Source: Pseudomonas aeruginosa
GTDB taxonomy: Bacteria; Pseudomonadota; Gammaproteobacteria; Pseudomonadales; Pseudomonadaceae
Assembly: GCF_001457615.1 (NCBI RefSeq)
Contig: NZ_LN831024.1
Span: 4,440,001-4,472,000 of the forward strand
DNA: 32,000 nt
Direction of reading: 5' to 3'
This document shows positions 10,510 through 20,706 of this stretch, one piece after another. How positions within the stretch are numbered: the stretch's first letter is position 1; each line of letters begins with the position of its first letter. The translations under genes and the position numbers were made by a program. Below the pieces are notes generated by a model. That model made no database searches. It saw only the letters and a program-made list of their open reading frames with translations, and had not been told where the DNA came from.

Positions 10510-11031
10510 ATGCCCCATAGCTACAGGAAAATGGAATCGCCGGTCGGGACACTGACCCTGGTAGCCAGGGACGATGCCTTTCTGGTCGCGATTCTTTGGC
10601 AGCATGAGCGTCCCAACCGAGTACCGCTGGACGAGATGCGGCTCTCCGAGGACAGCTCCCTCCTGGCGGAAACCGAACGCCAGTTGCGGGAATATTTTTC
10701 CGGCAAACGTTCCCGGTTCGAACTCCCGCTCGACTTCCAAGGTACCGAATTTCAGAAAAAGGTCTGGTCCGCCCTGCTCACCATTCCATTCGGCGAGACC
10801 CGCAGCTATACGGAAATAGCCGTGCAGATCGGCAGCCCCAACGCAGTACGGGCGGTTGGAGCCGCCAACGGACGGAACCCACTGTCCATTGTTGCACCTT
10901 GCCATAGGGTGATCGGAGCCTCTGGCGGCCTCACCGGTTTCGCCGGTGGGTTGGCCGCCAAGCAGTGGTTGCTGCGTTTGGAAACCCGAGGCAGGACACC
11001 AGACCTGTTGAGCATGATCGAGGACGAGTGA
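10510..11031 (+). CDS. ogt: Methylated-DNA--[protein]-cysteine S-methyltransferase
   Basis: Active-site motif NPLSIVAPCHRVIGASGGLTGFAGG. The ATG at 10510 (MPHSYRKMESPVGTLTLV) fits the family N-terminus. Confidence 0.95.
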   Translation: MPHSYRKMESPVGTLTLVARDDAFLVAILWQHERPNRVPLDEMRLSEDSSLLAETERQLREYFSGKRSRFELPLDFQGTEFQKKVWSALLTIPFGETRSYTEIAVQIGSPNAVRAVGAANGRNPLSIVAPCHRVIGASGGLTGFAGGLAAKQWLLRLETRGRTPDLLSMIEDE

Positions 11032-11110
11032 GCTGCCGCTTGCCCTCGCGCCCGGTGTTCACCGGAAAAATCCTCGCCTTTTGACTTGACCCGACTGCAG
11101 CGGGGACATT

Positions 11111-13675
11111 TCAGATCGAGGACCGACGGCAACTGAGCGCAACTCGTTCGTAAGTCAGGTCCTTGTTCCTGGGCGGCAACTGATAGTCGACGGAACAGGA
11201 GCCATCGCTCCAGCGAATGGACAGGCGCCCCTGGTCCTCGATACCGAACACCAGCAAACGGGACAGGTTGTCGACCATTCCCACGACCCGCTCTTCCTTG
11301 TCGTATGCCTGTGCACCGAAGGGAATCTTTCCTCCAGAGTCCATGCTCAGGTCGAACTGCACCCGCCGACCGGACTCCGCGGAGAAACGCTTGGCGATCA
11401 CGGCGCCCCGGGTCGGCACGGCCATTTGCGTGCTGTCGCTGATCTCGGTATCGCTTCCAAGGGTATTGGTATCCAGGTTCACCCAGTTGTAACGATAGGG
11501 TTGCATGTAAGGGAGCACGGCATAGCCACGGCCGTCGGTGCGAACCGAAGAGTAGCCGTCGAGGCCGACGCCGCCGACCTCCGGAACCTCCACCAGGCCA
11601 AACGTTTCCCCCACCGGCTGGCCGAAGGTCACTCCCCCCGAATGCACCACTACCGAACCGCTTGCTCCCAGGTTGATCTGCTTGTTGTCGCGCCCCTGGC
11701 TGTAATTGGCGGACAACTTGGCCTTGGACGTGTCCCAACCCAGGCCGACGCTGCCGGAGTTGCCGCCGTCCTTGCTGTAGTTGGCCTGTGCGCTGTAGTT
11801 GAACGCATTGGCTTCATCCAGGTATCCGGAGATACCGGTGTTCAGGCTCGAATCACCATGCTGTGAACTCACGGCATTGGCATATACCTGACTGGAGCGT
11901 GCGCTACCGCCCAAGGGGATGCTGACGGAGGCCGTGAACTGGGTATCGGAGCGCCCGAACGAACCCGTCTCCTGGGTACGGGAAACCGCCAGGCTATAGC
12001 TCGCGCGCTTGATGCCGCTGCTGAAGCCGAACTGCACGCGACGGCTGCTGCCGGGGCGATTCCAATATGTGGTTTCGCCCGCCGTGAGATAGAGCGAACT
12101 GCGTCGGAACAGCGTCTGGTTCACCGTCAGGTCTATGCGGCTCTTCTGCCGACTGGAACTTGAGCCATAGAGGTAGCTCTCTTCGGACATGTCGTCGATA
12201 TGCTGGCTGAGAGTACGGTAGCCTTCCGTGGAATAGCGATAGCCCACCACGGTAAAGCTGGTTTCGGTGGCGTTGATGGTCTTGGAATAGAGAAGCCGCA
12301 GACTCTGTCCCTGGTTGCGCCCACCCCGCCGCGTGCGGGACTGGCTATGGGTCACGTCCGCAGAAAAACCGCCCAGGGGCGTGTTGAAGCCGAGGCCCAG
12401 GTTGGTGGCATTGTACTTCTCCGCAGCGAGCAGGCCGCCAAAGCCGGTAACCCTGTCGGACAAGCCATACACAGCCGACCCCTGGAGCAGGTTGACCGAC
12501 GGCTGGCCATCATTATGGTACTCACCGGCGGCCAGGCCATAGCGCAGGTTCCCCTTGCGGGTCATGACCGGCAGGTAGGAATAGGACTGCTTGAAGGACC
12601 GCTGGCGTCCGTCCGCCTCGATGATCTTGACCTCCAGGTCGCCATTGGAGCCGCTGGGATAGATGTCGGTGATCTCGAACGCACCGGGAGGTACGTTGGT
12701 GGAATAGATCACGAAGCCATTCTGGCTCACCTCGACCGTCGCATTGGTTTCAGCGATACCGCGCACCACCGGGGTATAGCTGATCTCGTTGTCGGGCAGC
12801 ATGCCGATATCGGATTGCAGTTGCACGCCGCGCATACGCACGCTCTCGAAAGCATCCCCCTGAGCGGAGGTATACAACTCGCCGAGGGACAAGGTCCCCT
12901 TCAGGGCACGAATGTCACGTTCCACATAGGTACGGTTGCTACTGAACTTGTTGCGCATGCCGGTACCTCCGCTCAGGGAGGAGTCGTTGCGCAGACGCCA
13001 GCCAAACAGGTTGAAGCCGTTGCGCAGGCCCAGGTAGCGATAATCGCTGTTCTGGCCAAAGTTGGTGTTGCGCGTGAAGTTGGCCTGGTAGTTGGAAAAC
13101 AACGCGGTGACACCGTCATCCCAAAGAGAGGGATCCACATAGCCACGCGAGTGCCGCTGTACATACAGCTGTGGAATGCTGACCAGCAGGGAAAGGCTGT
13201 TGACGTCGAACTCGATGGATGCACCGGGGATGAGTTCGGCGACATTCAGGGGCGTATTGTTTTCCAGATTATCCGGAATGAGTTTGTCTCGCGTCAGCCG
13301 GGCTATATCGACCCCGATCTCCTTGAGCAGCCCTACCCGGACGACCGGACGAACGCTTCCGGTTTCGGGATCGGCACTGAACACGACATCTTCGCGCCGG
13401 ATCATGATCTGGTTCAAATGAATGTCGACGCTGTAAGTGCCGGGCGACACCGAGTTGCCGTTCTCGAAATACTTCAGTTCAACGGGCGCCCCGCCCTCGT
13501 TGTTCAGGAACTCGGCGTTGAATTCAACCGCGAAAGTTACGGCAGGCAAAGCCAATCCCAAGGCCATGAGACAGGAAGACCTGGAATAGACGGACAACTC
13601 GAAGTCGAACTTTTTCCTAAATATGGCCACGCGAATATTCCTTGGACTAATTTCCGACAAAACGGAAACACCCAT
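11111..13675 (-). CDS. cupC3: Fimbrial outer-membrane usher CupC3, 854 aa
   Basis: Usher hallmarks: EFNAEFLN, DVNSLSLLVSIPQLY, SYRYLGLRNGFNLFGWRLR, PVMTRKGNLRYGLAAGEY. Third gene after adhesin and chaperone. Confidence 0.94.
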   Translation of the reverse strand: MGVSVLSEISPRNIRVAIFRKKFDFELSVYSRSSCLMALGLALPAVTFAVEFNAEFLNNEGGAPVELKYFENGNSVSPGTYSVDIHLNQIMIRREDVVFSADPETGSVRPVVRVGLLKEIGVDIARLTRDKLIPDNLENNTPLNVAELIPGASIEFDVNSLSLLVSIPQLYVQRHSRGYVDPSLWDDGVTALFSNYQANFTRNTNFGQNSDYRYLGLRNGFNLFGWRLRNDSSLSGGTGMRNKFSSNRTYVERDIRALKGTLSLGELYTSAQGDAFESVRMRGVQLQSDIGMLPDNEISYTPVVRGIAETNATVEVSQNGFVIYSTNVPPGAFEITDIYPSGSNGDLEVKIIEADGRQRSFKQSYSYLPVMTRKGNLRYGLAAGEYHNDGQPSVNLLQGSAVYGLSDRVTGFGGLLAAEKYNATNLGLGFNTPLGGFSADVTHSQSRTRRGGRNQGQSLRLLYSKTINATETSFTVVGYRYSTEGYRTLSQHIDDMSEESYLYGSSSSRQKSRIDLTVNQTLFRRSSLYLTAGETTYWNRPGSSRRVQFGFSSGIKRASYSLAVSRTQETGSFGRSDTQFTASVSIPLGGSARSSQVYANAVSSQHGDSSLNTGISGYLDEANAFNYSAQANYSKDGGNSGSVGLGWDTSKAKLSANYSQGRDNKQINLGASGSVVVHSGGVTFGQPVGETFGLVEVPEVGGVGLDGYSSVRTDGRGYAVLPYMQPYRYNWVNLDTNTLGSDTEISDSTQMAVPTRGAVIAKRFSAESGRRVQFDLSMDSGGKIPFGAQAYDKEERVVGMVDNLSRLLVFGIEDQGRLSIRWSDGSCSVDYQLPPRNKDLTYERVALSCRRSSI

Positions 13676-13730
13676 CCATAGGGGAAGTTAAGAGCAGTTC
13701 TTCTGCTCTTCTACTCTGCTCTTCTGAGCT

Positions 13731-14444
13731 TCAGTCGGATAAGGAGCTGGAATGTTTATCGAGTCCGCCATAGTCATTTACGCTCTGGAACTCGACATTT
13801 CCAGAAACGCCGGATGGAGTTCCCTTGATTTCGAATCGGCGACTCGACTTCGGCGCGACCATGTCGGCATCAACAACATAGTAGGCATTGCCAGCTTTTA
13901 ATTTCACGCTGGCTAAAGAGACATGAAACGCAGTATCGTTGGAAACTTCGACAACTGACTTTCCACCCTGACGGACAAGACGCCAGTTCAACTTTCCAGG
14001 CGCTTCGGCGGAAGTTCCCGACAAGTTATCGGGGCGGTAGAAGACCTTGATACGCTGGCGCAAAGCTATCTGCAACGTATTAGCCGAGGCAGATTTTTGC
14101 GGAATTTCCTGGACGTTCAGGCGGAATACGGATTCCCTGTCGCTCGGCAAGCCTTCCCCTTGAAACAGGATACGCAGGGTTTGCTGCTTGTTGCCTCCCA
14201 AACGACTGAGGGCAGGCGTGATGACAAACGGAACCTCACGTTTATCTGCCCCATTATCAGCCTCTACCCAGGATTGAATCATCACGTCCTTGGAAGCCTG
14301 GTTCCTGACCAGGATCGCAGCCTCCTTGGCAGGCGCCTGCAGAACGACCCGGGTTCCTCCCAGTGTGATTCCCGCATTGGCCAGGGTGGAAAAAAGCAAA
14401 AGGATGCCACCCCAGATAACTCTGGAAGAAAATGGATATTTCAT
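13731..14444 (-). CDS. cupC2: Periplasmic fimbrial chaperone CupC2
   Basis: Signal peptide, then ITLGGTRVVLQAPAKEAAILVRNQASKDVMIQSWVE and FRLNVQEIPQK (PapD-like). Start taken at MKYPFSSRV; the track ORF runs to 14480. Confidence 0.93.
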   Translation of the reverse strand: MKYPFSSRVIWGGILLLFSTLANAGITLGGTRVVLQAPAKEAAILVRNQASKDVMIQSWVEADNGADKREVPFVITPALSRLGGNKQQTLRILFQGEGLPSDRESVFRLNVQEIPQKSASANTLQIALRQRIKVFYRPDNLSGTSAEAPGKLNWRLVRQGGKSVVEVSNDTAFHVSLASVKLKAGNAYYVVDADMVAPKSSRRFEIKGTPSGVSGNVEFQSVNDYGGLDKHSSSLSD

Positions 14445-14501
14445 GATGAACTCGCACCTCATGGAACGGGGTATATACATACCCCGCCCACGTAGCAGAA
14501 C

Positions 14502-15113
14502 TTAGTTGTATTCCAGGGTGAACGGCAGGGAGCCGTCGGCACTACCAGCCGTAGGAGCTACGGAGCCGGATTTGACATAAGCGGCACGCAGATTCAGCTT
14601 GGCACTGTAGACAGTGATGTCATTGCCTTCGCCATCTTTTTGTACCTTGGAATCCAGGGGCGCATCGATGGTCTCGTTCGCCGACAGGTTCAGCAGCTTG
14701 CCATCGGATCCATAGATACCGATACCGACACCGGTGGCGGTGCCGACGGTTTTCAGCAGGCTCTCATTGTTCGGGTCAATAGTGCTCCCAGACATCGGGT
14801 TGAACTTCAGCTTGACGGTGGTCAGGCCGGTACCGGTCTTGCCACAGTCCAGGTTCAGGTTCAGGCTGGTACCACCGGCGATGCTGCCGCCCGCGGTGCC
14901 GCCCAGCGAGTCGATGCTGATCTTGCCAAGGTTTACGTCGATGGTCTGGTTGCCCGCAGCACCGCCAACGGTGGTGCCGGCACCACCAGTGATGCTGCAA
15001 GCGGCCGCGGTGATTTCACCTTTGAAATTGATGGTGCCGTCTGCCGCCATGGCATTGCCGACGACCAGGCTGGCTACTGCGGCAGCCAGAATGCTTTTCA
15101 TGGAAATGGACAC
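14502..15113 (-). CDS. cupC1: Fimbrial subunit CupC1
   Basis: Signal peptide plus ADGTINFKGEITAAACSI, typical of type 1 fimbrial subunits, with C-terminal LPFTLEYN. Upstream of chaperone and usher. Confidence 0.93.
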   Translation of the reverse strand: MSISMKSILAAAVASLVVGNAMAADGTINFKGEITAAACSITGGAGTTVGGAAGNQTIDVNLGKISIDSLGGTAGGSIAGGTSLNLNLDCGKTGTGLTTVKLKFNPMSGSTIDPNNESLLKTVGTATGVGIGIYGSDGKLLNLSANETIDAPLDSKVQKDGEGNDITVYSAKLNLRAAYVKSGSVAPTAGSADGSLPFTLEYN

Positions 15114-15556
15114 GATTGAGCTTCCTTTTGACAGTGAAAGTGTTGCGATTTTTGAACTCTATAAGAGCCAGCAACATTCTCCGAAAAGCCGAATAGAACG
15201 ACAACGAAGCACTTCCCAGGCAATCGTGTGAAATCTCCCCAGTGCTTGTATGAAGTTTCCTACAAGCGGAAAAAACCTCGTAGTTAAAAACCCTCCGACA
15301 CCATAAGCCCGCTACCACTAACAGCCAAACAAAATGAACGATCCGAAAGAAGCGCATCAGCTTCGATAGCGCCTCTTATATAGAAAAATGAAAAACCAAG
15401 ACAAACCAAAGCAAACCCAGCAGGCTCCCAATTATCCCATTACTCCAGCAGCAGGCGCGGAGCTTACGGGAACGGGAAATCCATGCTGGTGAATAGATGC
15501 GATTCAGGTTATGGAGAAACCTGAACAGCTTCTGAAACCTCTATCTGGTCCGATCT

Positions 15557-15934
15557 CTAGAGCTTTGCCAATTCGGTTGAGATACTGATTTCGAACGCAC
15601 TTAGTTTGCCTTCCAATGAAGAGGCCAGATTGGCTATCCGCTCGGAAGACTCCGATGGGTTCTGGCAAGCCTTTTCAAGGCAGGAACAAGACTCGACCAA
15701 TAGGCTGCTGCCCACCACCCTCGCAGCCCCTTTTATCCTGTGCGCAAGTTCGGCCACTCCTTGCAGGTCTGCGAGTTCAAGCAATTCCGCCAACCGAGTA
15801 CGATCATCCCGACTGCTGGCCAATAAAGTTTCCAGCAACCGCTGCAATGCAGCCGGCTCGCCGCCGGTAATGGCCTCCAGCGAACGAATGTCGAAAAGAC
15901 TTTCCATCGGCGATTCCGAACCAAGCTCTTTCAT
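15557..15934 (-). CDS. hptA: Histidine-containing phosphotransfer (Hpt) domain protein, HptA-like
   Basis: 125-aa all-helical protein with the H-box ELAHRIKGAARVVGSSLLVESC. Position next to cupC matches hptA. Confidence 0.85.
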   Translation of the reverse strand: MKELGSESPMESLFDIRSLEAITGGEPAALQRLLETLLASSRDDRTRLAELLELADLQGVAELAHRIKGAARVVGSSLLVESCSCLEKACQNPSESSERIANLASSLEGKLSAFEISISTELAKL

Positions 15935-16452
15935 ACAGACTCCATCGATATGCTTAAAGGAAGGTCACTGCGCGTTGCGCTGTCCCGCCTGCGGGACTCC
16001 AGGCATCCGTAGAACGACAAGGCCGTACATGCCGTCCGGGCCAGTTATCCGCAAGCAGCATAAGGGAATTGCCTCCGCCTCTGCCGTCCAAACAGGGGAG
16101 CATCGCTTGTTGCGTCTCCTCGAACGGACCCAAACGGCCCTGGAAACGCTCATGGCCGGCACGGAGTCTACCTTTGCCAGCCGACCGCAGCCGGCCCGAC
16201 CGCTCGTTTAGGGGAGGGAAACTCCTACGGTAAGTCTGTGCGAAGAGGCGTCATCGGTTGCGACCGCCTGACGGTTCGAAGCGAACCTGGCGGAGGAGCC
16301 ATCGCTGCGACAGGCGAGTCTGGGTTACGCGCAGGTCGCGATGAAACAGCGGCATAAGCCACTATTGGCGCACACAGGCATACGAGGAAGACGCAGGGAA
16401 CACCTGGTTGAAAACCAGCTCTACAGATCATCGAGCGGCGAGGGTTCTATCT

Positions 16453-17157
16453 ATGGCAAATCCATTGGACGGCTTGCACGACGCGGACCACGCGAAGGCC
16501 GAAAAAACGGAAGGAAGGATGCCATCGGTCAGCGATCCCAGGGCGCTTGCCCGTCTTCTGGAATTGATACTGTCCACCGCCCAGGCCGGTCTCGCCTTCT
16601 CCAAGGACCGCTTCGACATCGGACGCTTTCGCGCGCTCCAGCATGCCGTCGCCGAATTCATCGCCAGCGACCAGGGGGTAGCGTACGAACGGGTCGAGAA
16701 CTGGATCGCTCTGGACAGCCACTACCCGACCCCGAAACTGGACGTCCGTGCGTTGATCCTCGACTCGCAACAGCGGGTTCTGCTGGTTCGGGAGGCCTCG
16801 GATAGTCGCTGGACCCTACCAGGCGGCTGGTGCGACGTAAACGAGTCGCCGGCAGATGCGGTAGTTCGCGAAACCCAGGAAGAAAGCGGACTGGAAGTTC
16901 GAGCGATACGCCTGTTGGCATTGCTGGACAAGCACAAGCATCCCCACCCTCCCCAACTGCCGCATGCGTTGAAAGCCTTCTTCTTCTGCCACGTCACCGG
17001 AGGCAGTCTTCAACAACAAACGGACGAAACGTCGGCGGCCGAGTACTTCCCGGTGGACGCCTTGCCGCCGCTTTCCGAGCACCGGGTACTGGCCTCGCAG
17101 ATCCAGACGTTATGGCAGCGAATCCACGCGGAAACGCCAGAGGCGCTTTTCGACTAG
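16453..17157 (+). CDS. NUDIX hydrolase with N-terminal helical extension
   Basis: Nudix box GGWCDVNESPADAVVRETQEESGLEV; N-terminal region LARLLELILSTAQAGLAFSKDRFDIGRF. The start is uncertain (track ORF begins at 16408 with TTG). Confidence 0.9.
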   Translation: MANPLDGLHDADHAKAEKTEGRMPSVSDPRALARLLELILSTAQAGLAFSKDRFDIGRFRALQHAVAEFIASDQGVAYERVENWIALDSHYPTPKLDVRALILDSQQRVLLVREASDSRWTLPGGWCDVNESPADAVVRETQEESGLEVRAIRLLALLDKHKHPHPPQLPHALKAFFFCHVTGGSLQQQTDETSAAEYFPVDALPPLSEHRVLASQIQTLWQRIHAETPEALFD

Positions 17158-17502
17158 CCCCCCGACCTCATGGAGTCATCGCGCGGCAGACGGCCTGACC
17201 CTAACGACGTCCAGCAGGCGTACCCGGCAGATCGACCGGCCAGTCGACGAGCGCCTGCCGCCCTCCCCCATCGCCGGCAGCTTGATGCCGCCAACAGCGG
17301 CGCAGCGTGCCTTCCGAGCAGTAAAGCCGGCCCGTCGTTCTCGTTCGAATGCGTGGCGGAGCGCACCCGAGGCGCCAGCCATCGACCATCCCGAACGTGC
17401 CGATGGAGCGAACTCCGAGCGAGTTCCCCCGCTTCGTCCATAGCTCATCTGTGCTAGTCGACCCTCACCTTGGGCTGCACCTATGATTCGTCCCTTGGAT
17501 GA

Positions 17503-18102
<600 letters not shown>

Positions 18103-18222
18103 AAATGAAGGAAGGCGGCTTGCCGCCCTCCTCCGGAGCCCCACGGAGCAGGTCAGCGGCATGCCGCTCGCAGCGTCCTGCCGGCCGTAGCCAGCGCCGC
18201 GACGAATAGCCAGAATGTTTCT

Positions 18223-18639
18223 CTATGCGAGGAGCGCGCGGAGCTGCGCGGGGACCTCCATGACTTCGCGGGTATCCGGGGAGACACAGACCTGCGTCAG
18301 GCTCGCAGTGAACGCCACCACGTCCGGCGAAAGACGTCCTTCGACTGAAAACGAGAAAGAATGCGTCCCCACGTTCGACACGCCCACCTGCATCGTGAGC
18401 TCGTCGTCCCAGGTGACCGGATGCAGGAATTCCAGGGAGAACGCTCTCGCCGGGGGAAGAATCCTGAACCCCAGGAGGGTTCTGAGCCCCGGGCCGCCCA
18501 GCCAGACCCCGAGCGCCTCCTGCACCGCTTCCAGCACAAAGTATGAAAAACGTGGCGTATAGACGATCCCTTCGGGATCACAGTCGCCAAACAGTACCGT
18601 TCTCTTTATGAAAACCGGGGTCGGCATCGGGTCACTCAT
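18223..18639 (-). CDS. Acyl-CoA thioesterase, 4-hydroxybenzoyl-CoA thioesterase/hotdog-like family, 138 aa
   Basis: N-terminal FGDCDPEGIVYTPRFSYFVLEAVQEAL motif characteristic of 4HBT-type hotdog enzymes. Confidence 0.85.
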   Translation of the reverse strand: MSDPMPTPVFIKRTVLFGDCDPEGIVYTPRFSYFVLEAVQEALGVWLGGPGLRTLLGFRILPPARAFSLEFLHPVTWDDELTMQVGVSNVGTHSFSFSVEGRLSPDVVAFTASLTQVCVSPDTREVMEVPAQLRALLA

Positions 18640-18880
18640 CCGGTCGCCAGGAAAGGAACCTCACTCTATGGGAGTCCCGGTCCGCTGACAAATCCTCGGA
18701 TAGCCGTGCACCAGTTCACCAGGCTGCGCGGGGTCTGACAGGAACACGCCAGAACGAACGGGAAAGCGGCTGCCAGTACCGATATGACTGGCGGAAGCGC
18801 GAAACCGGCCTTCTTCCCGATGTCGATAAGGATAAGAGTTGCGGTACGCTGGGGATGAGATATCCGGACTGCGGAAACAG

Positions 18881-18908
18881 AAAAGCCCGCCTTGTCGGGC
18901 GGGCTTTT
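18881..18908 (-). terminator. Rho-independent terminator, symmetric (A4/T4 on both sides), probably serving tRNA-Lys
   Basis: AAAAGCCCGCC-TTGTCG-GGCGGGCTTTT, an 11-bp perfect stem, downstream of the tRNA on the minus strand. Confidence 0.85.
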
Positions 18909-19014
18909 CATATCGACTCGGTCGATTCTGGCCAGTTTCCTGGCCAAGGCATACTGCAGCTCCGAAGCTAAAGTTGTGAGCTCTACGGATATCTACAGAA
19001 ACTCCTTTCTAATA

Positions 19015-19090
19015 TGGTGGGTCGTGTAGGATTCGAACCTACGACCAATTGGTTAAAAGCCAACTGCTCTACCGACTGAGCTAACGACCC
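19015..19090 (-). tRNA. tRNA-Lys (anticodon TTT), CCA encoded
   Basis: Minus strand: GGGTCGTTAGCTCAGTCGGTAGAGCAGTTGGCTTTTAACCAATTGGTCGTAGGTTCGAATCCTACACGACCCACCA. Cloverleaf-compatible with a complete acceptor stem. Confidence 0.97.
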
Positions 19091-19149
19091 AACGCGAGGC
19101 GTATAATACTGATTTCTAACGTAAAAACAACACCCCTCGTGAATTTTTT

Positions 19150-19824
19150 TCAGAAATATGGCGTCGGGTCGGAAATACCAGCCGCCGCGAAGCCATCCGC
19201 ACGCAGCCGGCAGCTATCGCATTTGCCGCACGCACGCCCCTGCTCATCGGCTTGATAACAGGACACCGTCAGGCCGTAATCCACCCCACGCGCCACGCCC
19301 GCCTGGATGATCTGCGCCTTGGACAGATACTGCAGCGGCGCCTGGATGCGGAAGCCATTGCCTTCCACGCCCGCCTTGGTTGCCAGATTCGCCATGCGTT
19401 CGAAAGCCTCGACGAACTCAGGGCGACAATCCGGATAACCAGAGTAATCCACCGCATTCACACCGATGAAGATGTCACGGGCATCCAGGACCTCGGCCCA
19501 GCCCAGGGCGAGCGAGAGGAACACCGTATTGCGCGCCGGCACGTAAGTCACCGGTATACCTTCGCTAGGCGACTCGGGCACCGCGATGCTCTCGTCGGTC
19601 AATGCCGAGCCGCCCATGCCATTGAGGTCGAGTCCTATCACCTTGTGCTCGATCACGCCCAACTGCCGGGCCACGCGCTCGGCGGCCTGCAGCTCGGCGC
19701 GATGGCGCTGGCCGTAGTCGAAACTCATGGTGTAGCAGGCGTAGCCGTCGGCCTTGGCCATGGCGACAACGGTGGCGGAGTCGAGGCCGCCGGAGAGCAG
19801 GATGACCGCTTTCTTCTGGTTCAT
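19150..19824 (-). CDS. queC: 7-cyano-7-deazaguanine synthase QueC, 224 aa
   Basis: PP-loop SGGLDSATV near the N-terminus; C-terminal zinc-binding [20 protein letters not shown]. Confidence 0.97.
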   Translation of the reverse strand: MNQKKAVILLSGGLDSATVVAMAKADGYACYTMSFDYGQRHRAELQAAERVARQLGVIEHKVIGLDLNGMGGSALTDESIAVPESPSEGIPVTYVPARNTVFLSLALGWAEVLDARDIFIGVNAVDYSGYPDCRPEFVEAFERMANLATKAGVEGNGFRIQAPLQYLSKAQIIQAGVARGVDYGLTVSCYQADEQGRACGKCDSCRLRADGFAAAGISDPTPYF

Positions 19825-19839
19825 GATGAATTCCTCGTC

Positions 19840-20487
19840 TCAATGGCCCGGTTCGTCGTTCCAGAGAATCTTGTGCAGTTGCAATTGCAGGCGGACCGGC
19901 AGGTTGTCGGCCACGATCCAATCGGCCAGTTCTCGCGCGCTGACCTGATGGTGGCTCGGCGAGAACAGGACTTCACCGGCACGCTGGTCGAGGCGGTACT
20001 CGATCAGCTTGGATACCGCCCAGTCGTAGTCCTCTCGCGAACAGACGACGAACTTCACCTGATCGTTGTCGGTCAGCAACGGGATATTTTCGTATCGGTT
20101 GCGTCCGACCTCGCCAGATCCCGGCGTCTTGAGGTCGAGAACCTTGCTTACGCGCGGGTCGACCCGTGACACGTCGAGAGCCCCGCTGGTTTCCAGGGAA
20201 ACCTCGTAGCCGGCGTCGCAGAGCCGTTCCAGCAGAGAGATGCAATTCGGCTGGGCCAGCGGCTCCCCGCCGGTCACGCAGATGTAGCGGGGCTTGTAGG
20301 CGGCAACCCGCTCGAAAATGGAGTCCAGGCTAACGACGTCGCCGCCGCTGAAGGCATAGGCGGTATCGCAATAGTGACAGCGCAAGGGGCAGCCGGTCAG
20401 GCGCACGAAGACCGTCGGCAAGCCGGCGGTACGTGTTTCCCCCTGCAACGAGTAGAAAATCTCGGTGATGCGCAGGGTCTGTTGCAT
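19840..20487 (-). CDS. queE: 7-carboxy-7-deazaguanine synthase QueE (radical SAM), 215 aa
   Basis: CPLRCHYCDT radical SAM Cys motif; ATG at 20487 (MQQTLRITEIFYSLQGE) matches the family start. The track ORF extends to 20634. Confidence 0.96.
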   Translation of the reverse strand: MQQTLRITEIFYSLQGETRTAGLPTVFVRLTGCPLRCHYCDTAYAFSGGDVVSLDSIFERVAAYKPRYICVTGGEPLAQPNCISLLERLCDAGYEVSLETSGALDVSRVDPRVSKVLDLKTPGSGEVGRNRYENIPLLTDNDQVKFVVCSREDYDWAVSKLIEYRLDQRAGEVLFSPSHHQVSARELADWIVADNLPVRLQLQLHKILWNDEPGH

Positions 20488-20663
20488 ATTCAGCCACGGG
20501 CGTGACGACTGAACAGGTCGTCCGCCTCCGTTGCGGTAAATGAAGGAACGCCACGGGACGTATCCTGTCGTGGCGCTCGAAATCCCGGAAGGTCTCGCGT
20601 GGAGAGGCACGAAGATCAGCCGAGCTGAAACCATGCAGCTTCACGGGGGCGCCGATTCTAACG

Positions 20664-20689
20664 AAAAAACCCGCGACAGGCGCGGGTTT
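20664..20689 (-). terminator. Rho-independent terminator downstream of cpoB
   Basis: Minus strand AAACCCGCGCCTGTCGCGGGTTTTTTCG, a GC stem followed by a U-run, just after the cpoB stop. Confidence 0.85.
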
Positions 20690-20706
20690 GTTCATCGGGA
20701 ACGGGA

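Noticed and set aside
12200-13681. 493-codon plus-strand ORF
   Set aside because: Antisense to the cupC3 usher, which has strong family evidence.
18640-19014. Possible second attachment-site copy or integrase remnant next to tRNA-Lys, including the 93-codon ORF at 18666-18947
   Set aside because: No repeat of the tRNA 3' end was seen. The ORF spans the 18881-18908 terminator and has no recognisable similarity.
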